Assembly (NCBI RefSeq): GCF_009914755.1 | Contig: NC_060927.1 | Source of the DNA: the human T2T-CHM13v2.0 reference genome, Homo sapiens | Direction: 5' to 3' (one strand) | DNA: 64,000 nt | Shown: positions 57,879 through 64,000 of the stretch, in pieces | How positions within the stretch are numbered: the first letter of the stretch is position 1 | Layout of the letters: the number at the start of each line of letters is the position of its first letter | Position numbers and translations under genes: made by a program | Notes under the pieces: generated by a model | Seen by the model: only the letters and a program-made list of their open reading frames with translations | Told to the model about the DNA's origin: nothing | The model's database searches: none

Positions 57879-59223
57879 GCAAACTCAGTATTTATTGGTC
57901 AATGGCATACAATTTCTTCTAAGTCATGGCCGATTCACTGATTTTGTTTTCATGCTCTTCATGACTTCTAATAATATTGAAATCCCATGGAGCCCTTTAT
58001 ATATGTATATGTGTGTCAATAATACACAAACACACACACAATACTGGGAATTAGATAAGAAAAACATCATTGTTTCTTTTAACCAATTAGAAGACAGAAA
58101 TACATACAGTTGGCCTGAAAATAACCAGTTAATTGGGAGCCAGAATTAGAGCCAGGATCTCAGTTTAGCATACTCCTCTGATAATACTTTGCCCCAGGCA
58201 TCAGCATGGCTCTTCCACCTCAGTTTCTAGAAAGCAGAGCCATAGTCTGGCCTCAGTGCTTCAGGGAGCACCTAAACTTTAGAGTGACTTCCTCAAATTT
58301 TCTGTCTCCTTCTAGGGCTTAAACCTTGACAGAACTGTTTCTCTCCTTCACATTTTTCTCCAAACCTCTACTTTGTGTGGTTTTGACCACATGTTCACAA
58401 GAGCACCAAGGCTCATGACAATGGAAACAACCTAGGGTCCTGTGGCCATGCTCAGTTCCAGGTGAATGGTCAAGCTAATGGATTGTTCCTGGAAGCTGTT
58501 GTGGTATTTTTTTCAAGGGATCATCTCAGTCTGGTTTACCAGACTCTTGCTGGCACACTAATTTTAGGTGATTTTGCAACCCATATGGACAAAGCCTCCT
58601 GCAAAAAATAATTTCCCAGAGCCTACTCGCCTGAGGGGCAGTCTTTCTTTTGTAGGTATGAAGAGCAATGAGTAAAAACATCTCTCTCTCAAAGAGTTTA
58701 GGTTCCAGTGTAGAGAATCATTTAATATTATACATTTGTAGTACATTTTAGAAGTCATAAAGAGCTACACTGTATAGCAGTTTATTTGATCTTTACAAGA
58801 AATTAATTATTTCAACAAGTATTATTGATGGTCTTCTATGTCTTGGCACTGAAAATGCTGAGCATTTATAGATTTATGAAATAGATACTATTCCTGATGA
58901 CATAAGACATACAGTGGTGAAGATACAAAGTTAAACTAATTACATAAATAGTTATTGCTTACAATTTTGAAAACTGAAGTAAGGTTGACATAAGAAACCT
59001 CTTACTCCACCTTCCTCCCAATTAGTGGACAACCTCACCTAGTCTATAAGGTAGATATGTCTATAAGATACATAAGATCAATTTCATTTTACAGCTGATT
59101 TAATTGAACTTCACAAAGTTAAATTGACCTTGGTCAAGGTCACACAGTGAGTAAAGGGCAGAAGTAATGCATGTCCCAGGATTTATGCTTGATCTGTTCT
59201 TTTTCCTATTGGTAATTGCTCAG

Positions 59224-59224
<1 letters not shown>

Positions 59225-59270
<46 letters not shown>
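59225..59270. repeat. (AC)23 microsatellite
   Basis: Read directly; uninterrupted, likely polymorphic. Confidence 0.97.
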
Positions 59271-59273
<3 letters not shown>

Positions 59274-59639
59274 TCCTACCATGACAAATTGATTCTTGAG
59301 AACAGCATTTGTGAGTCTACGGGCATTCTGAATGCTGTTGTCTTTCAAGGTAAATGTTAAAGAAATAACAGTCACTATTAGTGAATAATTTAATTGTATT
59401 ATTGACTATACATTGTATTGCTATGGTAATTGTAAATTAAAAAGATGATTATTTTTAATTAACCTAACAAAGATATAGTCGCATATGTTTTCAGTGTCAT
59501 GCTGAGAATTAAAACAGACCACTGGGATAAAAAGTGATGGGGTAGCCAGAGCAGTTTCTCTGAGTAGGTGAGAAGGACAAGAAGAATCACGACTCTTAGA
59601 GATCCAGACATGGACATTTCAACAAGAGTACAGTTAGTT

Positions 59640-59910
59640 TGAGACATGGAGAGTAGAGTATATATTATTGGACATAAGGAAAGAGCCAGATCATGTGTGG
59701 TTTTTGATAGGCTGGGGCAGAAATGTCAATTTTAACAGCAATGGGAAGACTTTGAAGAGTTCTAAGCAGGGAAGTGACATGATCTGACCTATATTTCTGG
59801 AAGATTGCTCAGATCAAAATCTGTCGGGATCAAGTGGGCAGTTGGAATAGAAATAACAGCTGGGCCAACTGTAAATAGTATTTAAGAATCCTTTATAGGA
59901 AGTCAGAGGG
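59640..59910 (-). mobile_element. L2 LINE fragment
   Basis: gagccagatcatg ... gcaatgggaagactttgaagagttctaagcagggaagtgacatgatctgacct. Confidence 0.75.
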
Positions 59911-60274
59911 TACAGAAGAAAAAAATATATATATTTATAGGACCAGAGGTGAAAACCATAAGAATCAGCATAATCAAAAAGATCTGTGGTAAGCAAGAGA
60001 GTGGAAATTAGAAGAAATATTTGAACAAGCAAGAGAAATAGTCAGACATGGATGACCTGATAAAAGACGCTTACTTACAGGCAAATGTAGGATTGAAAGA
60101 TGGAAACTTAGTCATTGTCATAAACCCTTCATTTCACTCAGATCGCTTCTGTGTTTGGAATCTCTGATTTGGCAAACTATCTATAATCATGGGCTTTCCT
60201 ATGTTTAAAATTCTATACCCTCAGACTCTTTCTAGAACACTACCATATACTGTGTAATAACATGATTTTGCTGA

Positions 60275-60510
60275 GAACAAGGACTTTAGATGCAGGCAGA
60301 CCATGGTTTAAAATTCCATGCTACCCATTCAGGCCATATGAATGAGCTACTGACAACCTCACTGATTCATGGTTTTCCCATTGGTAAAAAAGGATTATCA
60401 ATAGCATGTACCTCTTGGGTTGCTATAGGCGGCAAAAATTATAATCCATAGAAAGGGCTGAACATAGTATTTGGAGCGTATAGAGATACTGTGAGCTGTT
60501 TTTAATATTA
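60275..60510 (+). mobile_element. MIR SINE
   Basis: ggactttagatgcaggcagacc ... ggttttcccattggtaaaa ... gtacctcttgggttgct. Confidence 0.65.
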
Positions 60511-60699
60511 CTATTAGTTATATGTCAAAATAGAATTATAGAAATCTACTTTTAATGTTTCTCACATTAGCTGGCATATAATTGATTTATTGCTCATTAA
60601 AAGGTAGTATCTATTTAAGATCAGTGATATATAATTATGTCCTATATTTCCTTTATCTGTGTGCCTTTCTTTATCTTTATTTTTGTTGTTAATTTGATA

Positions 60700-61135
60700 A
60701 ATAGAAGTTCCATAATCTCTACCCATTGTTGCCTGCCCACTTCACACTCCCTACCCCACTCCCCTGCCACTGGTACTTTCCTGAGGCAACCAATTTAACA
60801 GCCTCAGTATATGTTTTTCCTCATTATTTCTCCATTTTGTACAAACTACACAAATATACTGTGGAGTTTGTACTTACAAAGTGGGGCTCACACTATATAA
60901 AGAGCTCTATAACTTAATGCATTCTGGACATTCTTCCATATGAATAGATTACAATCTGATTCTTATCAATGACTGCAAAATATTTCATAATATGAATATA
61001 TTACAGTATCTTCAAGCATTCTTCTATTGATGGGTATTTCTATTGGGTATAGCTTTGGTTTTTTTGTTTGTTTGCCTTGGTTTGGTTTACACTGTTACAA
61101 GTATTGCTATACTAAACACAGCATGAACTTATATA
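60700..61135 (-). mobile_element. Old L1 (L1ME-like) 3' fragment
   Basis: cctgaggcaaccaattt ... atgactgcaaaatatttcataatatg ... tctattgatggg ... tgttacaagtattgct. Confidence 0.55.
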
Positions 61136-62129
61136 CTTATGACTGATAGAATTAATTCATCAAAATCAGAAGCTAAATCAAAGGCTGCTGCTTCCTATGT
61201 TATATTCCTTACAGGTATATAATATATGCACATTAAAATGAATTCTGACAAAATGTATTTAGGTTTTCAGTCTTCATTGTCACTCATATGGAAAGAGGTA
61301 TTTATTTTAAAAGAGATATTTACCCCCTCTTTTTGTTTGTTACTCCATTTTGGTTTTATCAGATCCAAATGAGAGAAAAATTTAATCTAGATCTAATAAA
61401 TTGATGCTTGTTTTATAGAAAATATTTCCCTTTGTCTCTTCTGACTAAAAATTCTTTATTGCAAATATACAAGTTCAATGGATCATTAGACTGTCCAATG
61501 AAAAAGTTATTAACTACTTGAAATCTGGAACTATGTATTTGTGCATATACACGTATGTATTTGTGTGTATTATAATGTACATGAAAGATCATGTGGACTG
61601 GTTATTTCTTGACAAACTTTCCTCATTGAGGGTTGTATATGGAATGATGGGAATACAAATTATTTGCCAAAAATGAGTAAAACACCAGTATTATAAAGAG
61701 CATTCTCTATTACGTCCCACAGTAAAATATTTTTTTCCAGGGGAGTTATCAGTAATGCTATCTTAAAATGACAAGAGAAAAATGATTCACTCAACAAACC
61801 TTCAATTTTAGAATTACTTTTCAGAAACCTATCAGTTTTATAAGCTGGATACAACCTAGACAACAACATATATCTTGAGCCCTGATGAACTTTTGATAGA
61901 ATTTAGAAATCTGCTACTTAGGGTTATGTTGCTTATTAGAGAGTGCATTCCTTCCACAAAATGAATCTTACTTTCATAAAGTTGACTACCGCAGAGACCA
62001 CCTTTTAGATGTGGACTTTACTTATCTGGATATGTTAACATCCCCTCTTAGGAGCATCGGCATGTGAACATCAGTGTTCCAGTTGGCCTAAGTGTCTTAG
62101 GATCATACAATATGGACTTGATTCTAAGG

Positions 62130-62949
62130 GAGAGGTTGGAAAACTATGTTTTGGAGGCCAAATTTGACCATGGCTTGTTTTTGTACAGCGTTTGAGACAA
62201 AAAAATAGTTTTTATATTTGAAAAGGGTTGCAAAACATAAAAAGAACATATAGCTAAGAGAGGATGTGGAGAAACAGGAATACTTTTACACTTTTGGTTC
62301 AATAGTTCAACCATTGTGGAAGTCAGTGTGGCAAATTCCTCAAGGATCTAGAACTAGAAATACCATTTGACCCAGCCATCCCATTACTGGGTATATACCC
62401 AAAGGATTATAAATCATGCTGCTATAAAGACACATGCACACGTATGTTTTTGTGGAACTATTCACAATAGCAAATACTTGGAGCCAACCCAAATGTCCAT
62501 CAATGGTAGACTGGATTAAGAAAATGTGGCACATATACACCATGGAATACTATGCAGCCATAAAAAAGGATGAGTTCATGTCCTTTGTAAGGACATGGAT
62601 GAAGCTGGAAACCATCATTCTCAGCAAACTATCGCAAGGACAAAAAACCAAACACCTCATATTCTCACTCATAGGTGGGAATTGAACAATGAGAACACTT
62701 GGACACAGGAAGGGGAACATCACACACCGGGGCCTGTCATGGGGTCGGGGGAGGGGGGAGGGATAGCATTAGGAGATATACCTAATGTAAATGACAAGTT
62801 AATGGGTGCAGCACACCAACATGGCACATGCATACATATGTAACAAACCTGCACTTGTGCACATGTACCCTAGAACTTAAAGTATAATAAAAAAATAAAA
62901 TAAAATATTTACTATCTGGTCTTTAATAGGAGAAGTTTGCTGACCTCTG
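62130..62949. mobile_element. MER58-family hAT MITE split by an L1PA insertion
   Basis: Left half 62130-62257 (ggccaaatttgacc ... tgtttttgtacagc); right half about 62903-62949 (aaatatttactatctgg ... aagtttgctgacctctg); 8-bp TSD ttctaagg / atctaagg. Confidence 0.8.
62258..62903 (+). mobile_element. 5'-truncated L1PA4-like element
   Basis: ORF2 C-terminus and 3' UTR with taatgtaaatgac, caccaacatgg, ccctagaacttaaagtataat; A-rich tail. Confidence 0.92.
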
Positions 62950-64000
62950 ATCTAAGGTCATGTTTACATATTTTTAAAAAATCTTTTAAAGTCCCCGAGT
63001 TTGTTACATGTTACAGCTTTTGTCTATTATGGGAGTAAAAGTTGCCTCCTTTCCTTATTTGACTTCAAGGTGAAAAAGGGCAAAGTGCCTTACGATGTTG
63101 GGTTGCATTTACTGAAAATATCTTCTGTAAACACACACAGAAGAACAGCCTTAAGATAAAGAATGCTTTCAAAAAGGAAATGTGTAAGGCAAAATTGTTC
63201 TGTCCATAAATGTTAATTTCCCTTTGCCTACTTTAGCTATTATCTGCCCAGCTATCCAGCTATCTCACTAGGATGTTGTAAACTGAGATAAAAAGGGATC
63301 TGAGCCCTTCACTACGTGCTATATTGATCCAAAGCATTGCTATGGTAATTTATTATTGAAGAGATTATAAATGAGAAACTCTTCTGCAAGAAAAACTACT
63401 CTAGGAGAAAGTTTGGAGGCAACAGTGTTACCTTGCTATGTATAATACTTTGAAGTATTTTTTCGTATCTGAAACCTCTATTTTCTACTCCCTCTTCTAA
63501 ATCTCTATAGCAGGTGAGCTCCATTTTCTGTGTCATGGACTAACAGTAGCCACCTTGCTTGCTATATGCCCCATAGCTCAAAAGTAAATTTCCATGGTGA
63601 TGAATAAACTTGAAGGAAAAAAAAATGGTACTATGGACAAAAACATTGAGTGGACATAAAAGGGAAATGTAGAATTCTATTATTTTAAAGCAATAAGTAC
63701 ATTATGCCTTATCTAGTTCTTTGTTACTATAAGGATAAAATGCCTTGCTCTGACAGTAGTGGACCAGGACCAGGTCCTAGGGCTCTTAAGTGCCTGTCCA
63801 GTATCCTCGTCATTACTTTTTGCAATAAAAATAAATGGAAATAGGATGAAAAGACAAAACATGGAGCTTGAAAAACAAGAAAACGAACGAAAAATGAAGT
63901 ATGTAAGTACATGTTTAAAAGTTTATAGAAAATGACACACAGGATCTCCATGTGAGGAGAAATAGAAAAGTAGATATAAAGTATGTGACACACTGGCAAT

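Overview
AT-rich, CpG-poor human genomic DNA, intronic or intergenic. A human-specific L1HS-Ta element identifies the species. No host protein-coding exon could be recognised. A large fraction of the window is transposon-derived: Alu and FAM, MIR, L2, a CR1/L3 fossil, several old L1s, MaLR LTRs, and hAT and Tigger DNA elements. The centrepiece is a full-length L1HS Ta-1d (40236-46272, +) with a perfect 12-bp TSD. Its ORF1 and ORF0 are intact, ORF2 is frameshifted near the C-terminus, and the 5' YY1 site carries a point substitution. It is nested in an older, apparently twin-primed (5'-inverted) L1 and lies about 1.5 kb downstream of a SOX-OCT/nuclear-receptor motif cluster. The most unusual small-scale signal is a 32-bp inverted duplication inside an old L1 (53169-53240) that forms a pre-miRNA-sized hairpin. 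Several non-coding exon-like segments and motif clusters are flagged with low confidence. Subfamily calls are from recalled consensus sequences, not from a search, and boundaries of old repeats are approximate. I do not see evidence for a wholly new biological system.
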